A DNA stretch of 64,000 bases, taken from Ostreococcus lucimarinus (Eukaryota). Positions 1 to 10,093 of the stretch are shown here, piece after piece. How positions within the stretch are numbered: the stretch's first letter is position 1; each line of letters starts with the position of its first letter. The notes under the pieces were generated by a model, which did not search any database, was not told where the DNA came from, and saw only the letters and a program-made list of their open reading frames with translations. Made by a program: the position numbers and the translations under genes. The stretch is from the NCBI GenBank assembly GCA_000092065.1, contig CP000594.1; one strand, written 5' to 3'.

Positions 1-3000
1 CTCGGCGGTGCCAAGCTTAAACATAAGACTGTACGTCGTCCCGCGCCGACCGATGACTGTCAAATCTTTGAACGTCGCGAGACCGTTCGAGACGCGTTCT
101 GACCCTCCGATCACCGCATATGGAGCCGGCGTTACTGTTACCGTCACATTATCCACTGAGTTTGTCACGACGTTGCCCGAAATATCGTAAACGGTGATTT
201 CAAACGTTGGAAGCGATACGTTGCTGTCATAGCTCGATGGAATGCGCTGCGTACCGAACTCAAGCCTGTACGGATCTCCGGGCTCGATGATGACTTCCAG
301 AGCATCGCCAATGAGAACCAAGTTTTGCGTTGACGTGCACTCGTTGGCTTGACATTCAGACTGAAATTCTAGCACGTAACGCCCTGCGAGCGGGCGAATG
401 AATTTCAGCCCCGTTGCGGTGCCGACAAATCCAGGGTCGCTTCGCACGCCGTAAAAGTCCAAACCAGTCCCCGTGGTGCCAGCGACATTCGGAGGTGAAA
501 GTCCACCAAGCGAGCGTAAATATGCGGTCTCAGCGGCGAGCTTGTTCTCGCTCGCTTCGCTACTATCTGGCGAGCAAAAGCTCTTTGCGCGATTGCTCTC
601 TGTGCCATCGGCGCACCACGCCGCTACACCATTGACGATGTAAAGGGCGCCCACACTCACTGATCGTGAATTGCTCGGCGAACAACCAATTGTGGCGTCC
701 GCGCACGATACGCTTGTTTCATCGGCGATGAGCGGTGACGTCACCGTTGTGGTGGACGTCGTCACTCCTGTGGCGCTCAGTGCGTACTGTTTTAGGTTGA
801 CGTTGACGGCTCGGCGGGCTTCGGCGGTGTCCAACGAAGAGCCCATGAGTAATCCACCGGCGTCACGTGTGACGACAAAAATGTCAGTAAGATCGACGAC
901 GTCTGCACTTTTGTATGGACGTGTATCTGTGCACAAACCGACGGGGAATTCCACGGTGACGTCAGCGCGAGCGCAATTTGGGCAACCGCACGCGTCCAGA
1001 GATGAAATATCGCCAGCCTTGATGAGAATGTCGAACGAATATGGCGTGAGGACCACGGGTGAAGGTGTCGACACAGTTACTCGATATGTCCCAGCGACGG
1101 GATTGTAGAGCCTGATGCCAGAGATTAGTCCAACGCCCGACGAGGTGGCGTATTGGCTGATTTCGGGCGGCTGCGAAAATGGGTCTTGCGTTGTCGACGT
1201 CACGTATTTTATGCCCACGCTCACATGTCGCAAGATCCCAAAGTCAGCGCTCGTGACTTCGTTTGCACCACCATCGGTAACCGTCACCGCAAACGGGGCT
1301 AATATCAGAACTCGTGCCGCCATGAGCGTTGTCGGACGACTGTACGTGGCGTCGTTTGGAGTTGGATAGCCACGCGAGCTCGGCACATTAAGTTGACTCG
1401 CATCGCCGAGGGTGATTGCCACGGCCACGCTATCCGATATCAACCCATCGCCTGCAAATGTCAAGACATACTGACCTACTTCCAGCGCTTGCGCGGTGAT
1501 GCCAGTAAATTTAACGATGGATCGTCCCATCGGCGCTGTAACCGATTTCGTAGCGTACGCTTGCGTCGTAAACGTCCTAGTCGAGTTGAATGAGGAACGT
1601 AAAGTCGCCGTGATAACCTTTGTGAACTGGTTGCTTTCCAATAACGTCCCACCAGCATCTTGCATGTGCACAGTGAATTCATCAAATAAAATGAGAGCAC
1701 TTGATTTGTATGAAGTCACGGTTTCGATGGTTGAGACGTGCTCTAGCTTCGCCGGAACACCTTCGATGATTTTCACCGTCATATCGTACGAGCTCAAGCC
1801 AGACGTGGAAAATCGGATGACATGCGTGCCCTGTGGTGGCGAACTGAGATAGAAATTACTCAGTACCACGGTCCCTGCGACTGTCGTACTACTTGTCGTA
1901 CCGAGCAACTGCGCGGTGCTATCCACCACGGAGATGGTCAAAGTGCGATTGACGCCGTCTTCGGCGAGCAGTTTGTTGCCCGCGGCGTCCACGACGTTCA
2001 GAACGAACGGTTCCGATGCACGACCAATAAGGGTGTAAGTCGATGACTTGAGCCCCACTTGACCGACCAAGCCTTCAAAGGAGTCCGGGAAGACGACGTC
2101 GAGCGACGCGGCAGAGCCCGGCCAAACGTCGTATGACACATCCACGTCAACCAAACCGGGGGATTTAAAGGTAACGATTGCCTTTCCACCGTGAATGGTG
2201 GACTTTGGAAGTCGAAATGCGATGTCGCTGAACGTCGCTGTGCCACTACTGATGGCTTTCGTGTGCGTTTGAGGTTGTGTCGCCGCGCACGCGTTTCCAG
2301 ACAACACACACGGATTCGTCCTGGCGACGTCAAACACTGCCTCAATCGTTCCGGCACAGCTCGCGTCGCCGGTGACACAGGTAGGAGAATACGCGCTCCC
2401 GACCAAATTATCGCCGCCATCCATAACGACAATGACGATTGGGCTCAAGACCACGAGCGCCGCTGACCTATACTGCGTACAAGTACACGAGGAACCACTT
2501 CGCAGGAGCGTCGTTGTCGTCGTACACAATCCTGTCCCTGTGTCGCGATATTGCACGTAATAATCATCGCAAGGCGCTCGTATAGCGAGATGGTGTGCGC
2601 GCCCGAGAGTCACAGTGATAGACTGCGTGAGATTCGAAAACGCTGGCATCGCTGGCACGTGAAATTTCAGCGTGTGCGTACCCACCTTTGCTCGTTCAAG
2701 CGCCAATCCCGCGAAAGTCACCGCGTTTGTCGCGACGTCAAAACTCGGACTCAATCCAGTCGACACAGCCAGCGGATCAGGAATGACAAACGCATGTCGT
2801 GTCGCAACCGTGGCATTATACGTCAAGTAATCGCTCTTCACCCCGATAGCATCGCTTGAGACGCCGGATGTGAACTCAAGGTACGCCACGACAGGAGTGT
2901 CCCCTAAAACGTAATTGACTCCATTTGCGTGCGCGTCGTACATTTGAAAATCGAACGCATCCAGAGGGACGTAATATGCCGCCGCGTAACGTCGAAACGT

Positions 3001-6000
3001 CGACATATTCATCACGCCAAACTCTGGTTCGTAAGTCGTCACTGGGGAGTTCGTGAGCGCAAAGCTACTCGGTACGCCTGACGTGACGGTGATGTTGAAG
3101 TTCAAATCCACGAGCGGCGAGGTGTTCGTGGACATGACGTTTCCAGAACTATCCTTCAGCGTGTTAGTCGTCGAAGAACACGTGATTCCGTGCACACCCA
3201 GCGTGACGGAAGACAAAGTCAAACCGGTGAGTACGGCGGCCCCAGTGCTCAAAGTATTGCCCGTGAGCGTTCCTGAAATAGAAAGTGTCGAGCTGGTGCA
3301 TGCGAAGGCGCGATCAACTGTGTACGAGAGCGTTGACGCATCATAACGGTCGTTCGCGCCCAAGAAGCTTCCCCCAATATCCGCCACATAAATCGTCAAA
3401 TCGCCCAGAGGCGTCGACGATCCGGCATAACGTATGTCAGAGCCGAACTCGAGGGTATGTTTCCACTGATGACCGATGTTGCCTTCGACCAGCTGAACGA
3501 GTTGCTTTGCCGGGCGAATGTAATCCGAACCAGTCGCGTAAAAGGCGATTACGTAATACCCAGCCGGTTGGACATCGAGCGTGATACTATTCGCTGCGAA
3601 CGTCCAAGTGGCTGTTCCAGTTGAATCCGTGACGCTCGTCGTGGAAGTCGGTTCGAGCGTGAAAGAGTCGCCGTATGCCCGAACGTCAACCGAGGCACCA
3701 GACTCCGGCGGCGATGTGATCAAATTATTTCCAGCGTCGTACAATCGCACCGTGATCGCGTTTGGGATGGTCAGCGTCGTTGAAGACGTCGTCATTGAGG
3801 GCACGATATGGTTATCTATCTCCAAATATCTCGGTCGACCGACCACAGTGGTGAATGCGGATATTGCCGAACCAAAGGACGCAGAGAATAGAAATCTGTA
3901 CGTCGCGTCCGCATCGTTTACTCCCCTGGACGCCGCAGGGTAGGTTAGATTGTTTACGAATATCGTTTTACCGGGTGTTCTCGCACCGATCGGTGCAGGA
4001 TTGAGAAGCTTCAAGTCACGGAATACCGCCACGCCTCGATGCGTAGACACTGTCGTGGAGCCATTGATAATCGATCCAGAGGTTCGCGGAGCGTTTGACG
4101 CGTCCACAGATGTCACCGAGATTGAGTGCGAAACTTCGTCAAAGTTGTGCAACCTGTTGCCTGCGGCGTCTAACACGTACACGTTTACGACGCCGACGTC
4201 GGATTCCTCATTAGTGGGCACCACCAATGTGTTTGTTGAGCTCGGTATCGCGGCCAATCCTACAGGCGCTCCAGGCACGACGGTGAAATGGAACGTCGTC
4301 GCCATCGCAAGGGCAATGCAACTTGAACCAGTGCAGTCTTCACCGATGACATCGACGACATAATTACCCATCCGCAAAGGTGCGCTAAAACGTAATTGAA
4401 ACGTTGCCTTACCATCCAAAGTGGTGATGGTGGACGGCACCGTCGTCATCGTCACCCCTGGTGTATCCGTGGAGAGCGAGGTGTTTAGCGTCGCCGTGAT
4501 TTTAAATCCCCGCGTCCCGCCAACGCCAAGATCATCCGCGATGACGGTGCCTCTGTTATCCACCAAGTTCACCGTCATCGCGTCGAGCGTCATTGTCGAC
4601 GCGCCAGCATCTTTCGTTGACTCATACGCAGTGTGAGCGATGTTTTGTCGCGCGTGCGTCACGCGAAGACCATTCGGCGTTCTATGCAGCGCTAGGGCGA
4701 CGCCGGTATGATAATCCACCCCATTCATGCTAAAATCCACCGTCACCGACGTCGGTGGCGGGTCTAACAACCACGGCATTTTCACGTGGTAGTCTCCACA
4801 TCCGTTTGCGCTCGTCGAAGGACAGAGGGGACACGTGACGCGTGTCGAGTTGACGTACGCCGCGTCCAACACGCTCTGAGCGCCGAATCGACATTTGAGC
4901 ACGCCGTCGACGAATGGACCGCCATCGATAGCAATTACCGCTGGATCCCCATTCGGTACTTCTCCCGTAAATAGCACCGAAGGCACGTGTGAATTCGTTA
5001 CCGACGTCGCGACGAGATTCGGCGGGTCGTAATACATGTAATTTGCCATTCCGCCGACCCATATAGAGTTTTCAAAAAACGTCGCGAGCGCGCTGCGATC
5101 GTCCGGATAACCCTCAAAACTGATACTGACGGCCGATATGTACGTACCGGTCGCCGCGAACGCACTGTACGACGGCGCATCGCATTCGATCGTTGTCGAA
5201 TTCACCAGTTTGGCTGGCACATACACGGGCGAACCGTCGTTCAAAAATCGGCACGCCACGCGGTGCGACAGAGTGTCGTCCGGGGCCCAGGAAGAGTCGT
5301 ATGGAAACCCAACACCACGAATCGTGAGCGTTGTCCCACCCGCCTTGGGTCCTCTTGAAGGGGAAATATCATCGATTTCTGTCACGGAGAAGCTTTGGTA
5401 CGAGATTTCTGCGTCCGAAACATTGTACGTCCCTGTGAACAACGCACCCATGCTTGGGATCGTCGTCATCGCACCGATCGGTCTTGTCGACGCCGTCGAC
5501 CCTTGAACTTCCATGCACGCCGATCCGACGCAGTTGGCATCCGGGAATACTTTGACTTTTACTATGCGCGTCGGAGCATTCACGTCTGACGCGTCCTGGC
5601 TCGTGAGGACGTACAGCGTCCCTCCACTCGCACCCCCATCGCTCACTGTCTCGATGGCGAGCGCATCCCTAACTAAACTACCACTCGTTCCTAACTTGAC
5701 GTGTTCTATCGCCGAGCTCGTGTTGTTGAATGATTTTCTAACCCGGTATACGCACGAGATGCGACTGACGCACGTTGCGCCGCACATCGCGCCGTTGTAA
5801 GGCGCACTCGATGTCGCGACGTAAGCATAATCTCCCATCACTCCGAGCGCGGTAAACGCGGTATACCTTCCGAGATAGCTCGACGAAAGCAAAGAATGAC
5901 CTTCGCACGCCGCGTCGATGGCGGTGGCGTCTTTAAAGTACAGCTCCCCATCCGCCGCGATTACGCTCTCGCTCGAGTACGGATTCAGGCGAACAATCGC

Positions 6001-7071
6001 GGGATAATCTTGCGCCGAACTAGCCTTCGCGCGACCTGCGAGAAACATATCGACGCCACCACCAGTTGTGCCGACCGTGACCGCCTCGGTGAACTTACCT
6101 GCGTCTCGTCTGTTGTGGCACGCCTCGCACGCCGCGCGCAGCGTCGGCAACGATATATCCTTCGCGCTCGGCGCTGCGTCGATACCGCTCGAATACACCA
6201 GCACGCGACCAAGCGCGCTCACCGCTGTGGGTGTTACTTTTAAAATCAAATCATCGTCCGTGCCCATGGCCGCAACGTCGACGATGTATCCATCCGTGGT
6301 TTTCTCGTGACGATTTCTAATCGTCCCGCCGCCCGACGCCAAATCTGACCACACGACGTAACCGTATTCAACTGGCTGCCCCGCCCTTCGCACCCACGCG
6401 TTTGCGATGGCGTATATCACATCACTCGTCGCGCTCGCGACGACGATCGGTCCGCGCATGGCTATCGTCGACCACCCGTCGCTCGTCGCCGCGTCGCCGC
6501 GCGGATGCCCGCACGACCCCTTCCATCCGTTTGGCACAGGATCATCCACGTCGAGCACGATCGTCCCATTCGCCTGCGGCCGCGCGGGCCAACGCGTGGG
6601 TTCATTCGCGTTCCACGCCCGCGCGCTCGCATCGCCCAACCGCGCGTAATGATCCACGCACAGCGCGTCTCGCCCGCCCATCGCGACGACTTCTCGCGTC
6701 CCCGCCGCGCGCGCCGTCGCGCACGTCACCTCCCGCGGCGCCGCCCCGACCCCCGTCGCCATCACCGGCGCCATCGCCGCGTACCACGTCTCCCGCACCG
6801 TCCTTCCATCGACCTCGACGACGCGCTCGAACGTCTCCACCGCGTCTCTCGCCGCGCCGCAGTCGACGCCGTCCCGGTCCGCGCGGCAGCGACACGTCTC
6901 ATCGATCTCGCACGTCCCGTACGACCGCTGCGCCAGGCACTCGCGCGGGCAAAAGCTATACGCGTACCCTTCGCGCGCGCTCGCGCCCAGTGATCCGCAC
7001 AGCAGCGCCAGCGCGCGCGTCACCGCGCGCGTTCGTCGCGCCGCGTGTGTCGGTTGCGCGCGCGACGACAT
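1..7071 (-). CDS. Giant secreted/surface protein, 3' partial (continues beyond window start). ATG at 7071-7069, then a signal peptide (MSSRAQPTHAARRTRAVTRALALLCGSLGASA), a Cys-rich EGF-like N-terminal module (CPRECLAQRSYGTCEIDETCRCRADRDGVDCG), and more than 2300 aa of repeated beta-sandwich (Ig-like/IPT-TIG/PKD-like) segments. Contains an RGD tripeptide.
   Basis: Manual reverse-complement translation of windows 1-300, 2521-2580, 3541-3600, 4501-4560, 5401-5520, 6241-7080 in the minus frame whose codons end at coordinates divisible by 3. Every window was stop-free and protein-like (e.g. LEVIIEPGDPYRLEFGTQRIPSSYDSNVSLPTFEITVYDI). None of the short minus-strand ORFs in the track is in this frame. 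The frame is absent from the track because it has no stop inside the window. Confidence 0.7.
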   Translation of the reverse strand, partial: MSSRAQPTHAARRTRAVTRALALLCGSLGASAREGYAYSFCPRECLAQRSYGTCEIDETCRCRADRDGVDCGAARDAVETFERVVEVDGRTVRETWYAAMAPVMATGVGAAPREVTCATARAAGTREVVAMGGRDALCVDHYARLGDASARAWNANEPTRWPARPQANGTIVLDVDDPVPNGWKGSCGHPRGDAATSDGWSTIAMRGPIVVASATSDVIYAIANAWVRRAGQPVEYGYVVWSDLASGGGTIRNRHEKTTDGYIVDVAAMGTDDDLILKVTPTAVSALGRVLVYSSGIDAAPSAKDISLPTLRAACEACHNRRDAGKFTEAVTVGTTGGGVDMFLAGRAKASSAQDYPAIVRLNPYSSESVIAADGELYFKDATAIDAACEGHSLLSSSYLGRYTAFTALGVMGDYAYVATSSAPYNGAMCGATCVSRISCVYRVRKSFNNTSSAIEHVKLGTSGSLVRDALAIETVSDGGASGGTLYVLTSQDASDVNAPTRIVKVKVFPDANCVGSACMEVQGSTASTRPIGAMTTIPSMGALFTGTYNVSDAEISYQSFSVTEIDDISPSRGPKAGGTTLTIRGVGFPYDSSWAPDDTLSHRVACRFLNDGSPVYVPAKLVNSTTIECDAPSYSAFAATGTYISAVSISFEGYPDDRSALATFFENSIWVGGMANYMYYDPPNLVATSVTNSHVPSVLFTGEVPNGDPAVIAIDGGPFVDGVLKCRFGAQSVLDAAYVNSTRVTCPLCPSTSANGCGDYHVKMPWLLDPPPTSVTVDFSMNGVDYHTGVALALHRTPNGLRVTHARQNIAHTAYESTKDAGASTMTLDAMTVNLVDNRGTVIADDLGVGGTRGFKITATLNTSLSTDTPGVTMTTVPSTITTLDGKATFQLRFSAPLRMGNYVVDVIGEDCTGSSCIALAMATTFHFTVVPGAPVGLAAIPSSTNTLVVPTNEESDVGVVNVYVLDAAGNRLHNFDEVSHSISVTSVDASNAPRTSGSIINGSTTVSTHRGVAVFRDLKLLNPAPIGARTPGKTIFVNNLTYPAASRGVNDADATYRFLFSASFGSAISAFTTVVGRPRYLEIDNHIVPSMTTSSTTLTIPNAITVRLYDAGNNLITSPPESGASVDVRAYGDSFTLEPTSTTSVTDSTGTATWTFAANSITLDVQPAGYYVIAFYATGSDYIRPAKQLVQLVEGNIGHQWKHTLEFGSDIRYAGSSTPLGDLTIYVADIGGSFLGANDRYDASTLSYTVDRAFACTSSTLSISGTLTGNTLSTGAAVLTGLTLSSVTLGVHGITCSSTTNTLKDSSGNVMSTNTSPLVDLNFNITVTSGVPSSFALTNSPVTTYEPEFGVMNMSTFRRYAAAYYVPLDAFDFQMYDAHANGVNYVLGDTPVVAYLEFTSGVSSDAIGVKSDYLTYNATVATRHAFVIPDPLAVSTGLSPSFDVATNAVTFAGLALERAKVGTHTLKFHVPAMPAFSNLTQSITVTLGRAHHLAIRAPCDDYYVQYRDTGTGLCTTTTTLLRSGSSCTCTQYRSAALVVLSPIVIVVMDGGDNLVGSAYSPTCVTGDASCAGTIEAVFDVARTNPCVLSGNACAATQPQTHTKAISSGTATFSDIAFRLPKSTIHGGKAIVTFKSPGLVDVDVSYDVWPGSAASLDVVFPDSFEGLVGQVGLKSSTYTLIGRASEPFVLNVVDAAGNKLLAEDGVNRTLTISVVDSTAQLLGTTSSTTVAGTVVLSNFYLSSPPQGTHVIRFSTSGLSSYDMTVKIIEGVPAKLEHVSTIETVTSYKSSALILFDEFTVHMQDAGGTLLESNQFTKVITATLRSSFNSTRTFTTQAYATKSVTAPMGRSIVKFTGITAQALEVGQYVLTFAGDGLISDSVAVAITLGDASQLNVPSSRGYPTPNDATYSRPTTLMAARVLILAPFAVTVTDGGANEVTSADFGILRHVSVGIKYVTSTTQDPFSQPPEISQYATSSGVGLISGIRLYNPVAGTYRVTVSTPSPVVLTPYSFDILIKAGDISSLDACGCPNCARADVTVEFPVGLCTDTRPYKSADVVDLTDIFVVTRDAGGLLMGSSLDTAEARRAVNVNLKQYALSATGVTTSTTTVTSPLIADETSVSCADATIGCSPSNSRSVSVGALYIVNGVAAWCADGTESNRAKSFCSPDSSEASENKLAAETAYLRSLGGLSPPNVAGTTGTGLDFYGVRSDPGFVGTATGLKFIRPLAGRYVLEFQSECQANECTSTQNLVLIGDALEVIIEPGDPYRLEFGTQRIPSSYDSNVSLPTFEITVYDISGNVVTNSVDNVTVTVTPAPYAVIGGSERVSNGLATFKDLTVIGRRGTTYSLMFKLGTAE

Positions 7072-7469
7072 CGGCGTCTTCGTCGCGCGTTCGCGTCGTC
7101 TTCAGCGCATCGCACTCGATGTCCGCGCGTCGGGCGATGCGCGACGGTGCGTTTTATCCGCGCGTCGCGTCGCGTCGCGTCGTCGCGTCGCGCGCGCGTC
7201 GCGGTTCGGCGTCGCGCGTCATTCCCCCGCGGCTCAGTCTCGTTCGGCTCTTGGATACAACACGGAACGTGCGCGCACATCGAATCGTCGCGCTTGACCG
7301 GCGCGCGGGAGACGCGCGCGCGGCGAGAGCGCGACGCCGCGCGCGCGATCGCGGTCGATCGTGATTCGAACCGCGCGCGACGGCGCGCGGGAGCGAACGC
7401 GGACGTCGACGCGCGGGCGCGAAGGCGCGCGCGTCGGGAGACGCGAGACGTCTCTTCGTATCCCTCGCG

Positions 7470-8777
7470 ATGATGCGAATCGTCGTCGTCGTCGTCGTCG
7501 TCGCGAGCGCGGCGCGCGTCGAGCGCGCGCGCGCGTCGACGATCGTGGACGCGTCGAGCGACGTCAGAACGGGCGGTTTCGCGGAGGTGCGCGGTCGGGC
7601 GCTTCGCGGGACGAGCGACGCGGAGGCGTGTCGAGCGCGCGCGTGGGCGACGGGCGCGGACGCGCCGGGCGGCGCGTCGACGGCGGAGGCGACGTGTGCG
7701 GCGATCAGTGCGACGTCGGCGACGCGATGCGAGGCGGCGATGGCGTCGTTGAAGTGTCGGCTCGCGCGGGCTGGCGCGCGCGCCCGCGCCGAGGCGTGTG
7801 ACCTCGCGAGCGCGGACGATTGCGAACGGTGCGTCCTGCGCGCGCTCGGACGAGGCGCGAGAGGACGCGGAAACATGAACGACAACGATTGGGACGACGC
7901 GGTGGAAGACGAGGCCGCTTTTGAGAGTGACCGCGCGATTACGCTGGACCGCGCGGTGGAGTTTTCAATGTACGTCGACGAAACGCACGCCATCGACAGC
8001 GATTGCAAGTTTTTGGTCTCCATGTTCAGAGCCGAGATGGCATCGCGGGTCGTAGAGTCATTCTCCACGCTGCTCGCAGAGGCGCAGCGCGAGGCCAAGG
8101 CGAGGGCGGAAGAAATCACCATCGCGCTCGCGGAAATTGACGAAGCGGCTCGCAGAAACGCTCGCGACGTCGAGCAAGCGGCGATGGCGCTCGACAAAGT
8201 ACGCCGCGACCAGCTCGAGTTCGCGACGCGGTTTGAAACGTTTGCGGCAAACTTGAACGCCGCGCTGGACCGCGTGGAGCGCGCGTCGCGCGGCGCGCTG
8301 CGCGCCGCTCGATTCGCCGCCGAGCTCGCGAAGCGCTGCGCGGGAATCGTTTCCGAAACCTTCGCGTCGTTGGTTTCGGTTGAGATGATTTTCGTGCGCT
8401 TCATCGTCATCGCGTTCGGAACCACGCGCCCGGCTTTACGGCGTTGCTGCTTTACGGCGTTACTCGTGGAGTGGATGTTACGCGCCGCGCCGCGAACGGC
8501 GGCGACGACGCCCTCCAATCGTCTTCGCCTCGGTCTCCTCTGCGCGTTCGCGCCCAGGATCTGGACGTACGCGAAAGAGCAACTACATCGCTCGCGACGC
8601 GACGACGCCGAGACGGGTCGCGTCGACGTCGGCGCGAAACCGCGATCCGGTCGTCGCGCGCGAGGCGTCCCCGCGGCGCGAATCGAACCGTCGCCTCGAG
8701 TCCCCGAGCCGACGATCGCATCGCCGCGTCGCGCCAGCGCGCGCCTTCGCGCGACGAAGACGACAAAAATAATTTAA
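7470..8777 (+). CDS. Hypothetical protein with an N-terminal hydrophobic signal-like segment (MMRIVVVVVVVASAARV), an acidic/coiled-coil middle and a C-terminal hydrophobic segment. The 3' part of the ORF is Arg-rich and may be read-through.
   Basis: ATG at 7470. Amino-acid composition is more protein-like than the overlapping Ser/Ala-rich antisense ORF 7154..8518. Sits divergent to the giant gene. Confidence 0.35.
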   Translation: MMRIVVVVVVVASAARVERARASTIVDASSDVRTGGFAEVRGRALRGTSDAEACRARAWATGADAPGGASTAEATCAAISATSATRCEAAMASLKCRLARAGARARAEACDLASADDCERCVLRALGRGARGRGNMNDNDWDDAVEDEAAFESDRAITLDRAVEFSMYVDETHAIDSDCKFLVSMFRAEMASRVVESFSTLLAEAQREAKARAEEITIALAEIDEAARRNARDVEQAAMALDKVRRDQLEFATRFETFAANLNAALDRVERASRGALRAARFAAELAKRCAGIVSETFASLVSVEMIFVRFIVIAFGTTRPALRRCCFTALLVEWMLRAAPRTAATTPSNRLRLGLLCAFAPRIWTYAKEQLHRSRRDDAETGRVDVGAKPRSGRRARGVPAARIEPSPRVPEPTIASPRRASARLRATKTTKII

Positions 8778-8800
8778 CGCTCCGCACACGCCGCCTCGAG

Positions 8801-9829
8801 ATGAGCCCGAAGATCACCGAACTCTGTTCGTACCCGGTCAAGAGCTGCGCCGGAGTTTCCCTGGACGCCTGCGCGCTGACGTCCACGGGATTAGCGTTCG
8901 ATCGGCTGTTTTGCGTCGTCAACGCTGTCGATGGAAAGTTCATCAGCCAACGCTCGCACCCGCGTTTATCCCTCGTCGCGTGCGCGATAGAGCCACCGGA
9001 CGCGTTCACCGATCGCACCGTGCGCCAGTTCGCGCTGACGTGCGAGACGTCGAGCATGGCGACGAAATTGCGCGTGGAGGTGGATTTGGACGACGCGAGC
9101 GGGACGGCGACGTCGGCGACGAACGTGGAGTGTTGGGAGTGGCGCGGGAAAGCGGCGAAATGCGGCGACGAAGCCGGGCGATGGTTCAGTGAGTTTTTGA
9201 ATCAAACACCGGACGGCGATGGGGCGGCGTACGAGCTCGTGCGATGGATGGGAAAGGGAGGCGCGCCGAGCGCGCCGCAAGACGCCGACGATTTAGACGT
9301 CGACGACGACGTCACGCGTTTAACGTCAGAGAATTACGGTTCGCGTCGCGCGACGACCACCCTGAGCGATGGATATCCGATGTTACTCGTCAACGCCGCC
9401 TCCGTGCGCGCGATGCACGAACTCGTGCGCGAGGAAACTGAAAAATCCAACGCCGCGCCCGTCGTCGTCGACAATCGACGCTTTCGCGGCAACGTCGTCG
9501 TGGACGACGCCAAAGCCTACGCCGAAGACACGTGGTCCGTGATCGCCCTCGGCGCGCGCGAAGTCCAAGCCGAGTTATGCAAGCCGTGTTCGCGATGTTC
9601 GATTCCCCTCGTCGATCCGGACGTCGGTTCTCCCGCGCTCGGCGCGCCTCTGGCGCGCGCGCTCAGTCGCGCGCGCTCCGGCGCCGCGTTACGAACCGCC
9701 AATCGTCTCTGGCGCCAGTCCCCGTTTTTCGGTTGGAATTTACTCGTCCCTTCGACGCAGGACGCCACCGTCGTGTTGCGCGTCGGCGACGACGTGCGCG
9801 TGTTGGAGACCCGTCCCGCGTTCCCCTAG
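8801..9829 (+). CDS. MOSC-domain protein (MOSC_N beta-barrel plus MOSC; mARC/MoCo-sulfurase C-terminal-like)
   Basis: ATG at 8801 (MSPKITELCSYPVKSCAG...). Conserved MOSC features GYPMLLVNAASV and the C-terminal Cys region CKPCSRCSIP. A longer upstream ORF from 8444 is Arg-rich and probably not coding. Confidence 0.7.
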   Translation: MSPKITELCSYPVKSCAGVSLDACALTSTGLAFDRLFCVVNAVDGKFISQRSHPRLSLVACAIEPPDAFTDRTVRQFALTCETSSMATKLRVEVDLDDASGTATSATNVECWEWRGKAAKCGDEAGRWFSEFLNQTPDGDGAAYELVRWMGKGGAPSAPQDADDLDVDDDVTRLTSENYGSRRATTTLSDGYPMLLVNAASVRAMHELVREETEKSNAAPVVVDNRRFRGNVVVDDAKAYAEDTWSVIALGAREVQAELCKPCSRCSIPLVDPDVGSPALGAPLARALSRARSGAALRTANRLWRQSPFFGWNLLVPSTQDATVVLRVGDDVRVLETRPAFP

Positions 9830-10093
9830 CGCGTCGCCGTCCCGCCTTCCATCTTTCATACGACACATATTATAGCGTATAAATCCCCATCAATCTATTC
9901 CCGCCGCGGTCGACGCATTCCAGAACCCTCGCGCGCGCGCCGCATTCCGCGTCGCTCGATGTCCGCGCCCGCGTGTTCCGCGTCGCTCGCGCGCGCGTCG
10001 CGCGTTTCGACGCGCGCGCCGCGCCGTCGCGCGCGTTTCGACGCGTCGCGACGCGCGCCGACGCCGCGCGGACGCGCCGACGCCGTTCGAACG

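Noticed and set aside
6402-7473. Arg/Pro-rich plus-strand ORFs (6402..7364, 6505..6993, 7045..7473) and the minus ORF 7020..7280 around the giant gene start
   Set aside because: They overlap the hand-verified minus-strand coding frame and signal peptide of the giant gene, or its GC-rich promoter. Their composition is nearly pure R/A/P/S.
8444-8800. N-terminal extension of the MOSC gene from the ORF-track start at 8444
   Set aside because: The 119 residues upstream of MSPKITEL are extremely Arg-rich (RRRRDGSRRRRRE...) and overlap the tail of ORF 7470..8777. The conserved MOSC_N fold begins right at the ATG at 8801.
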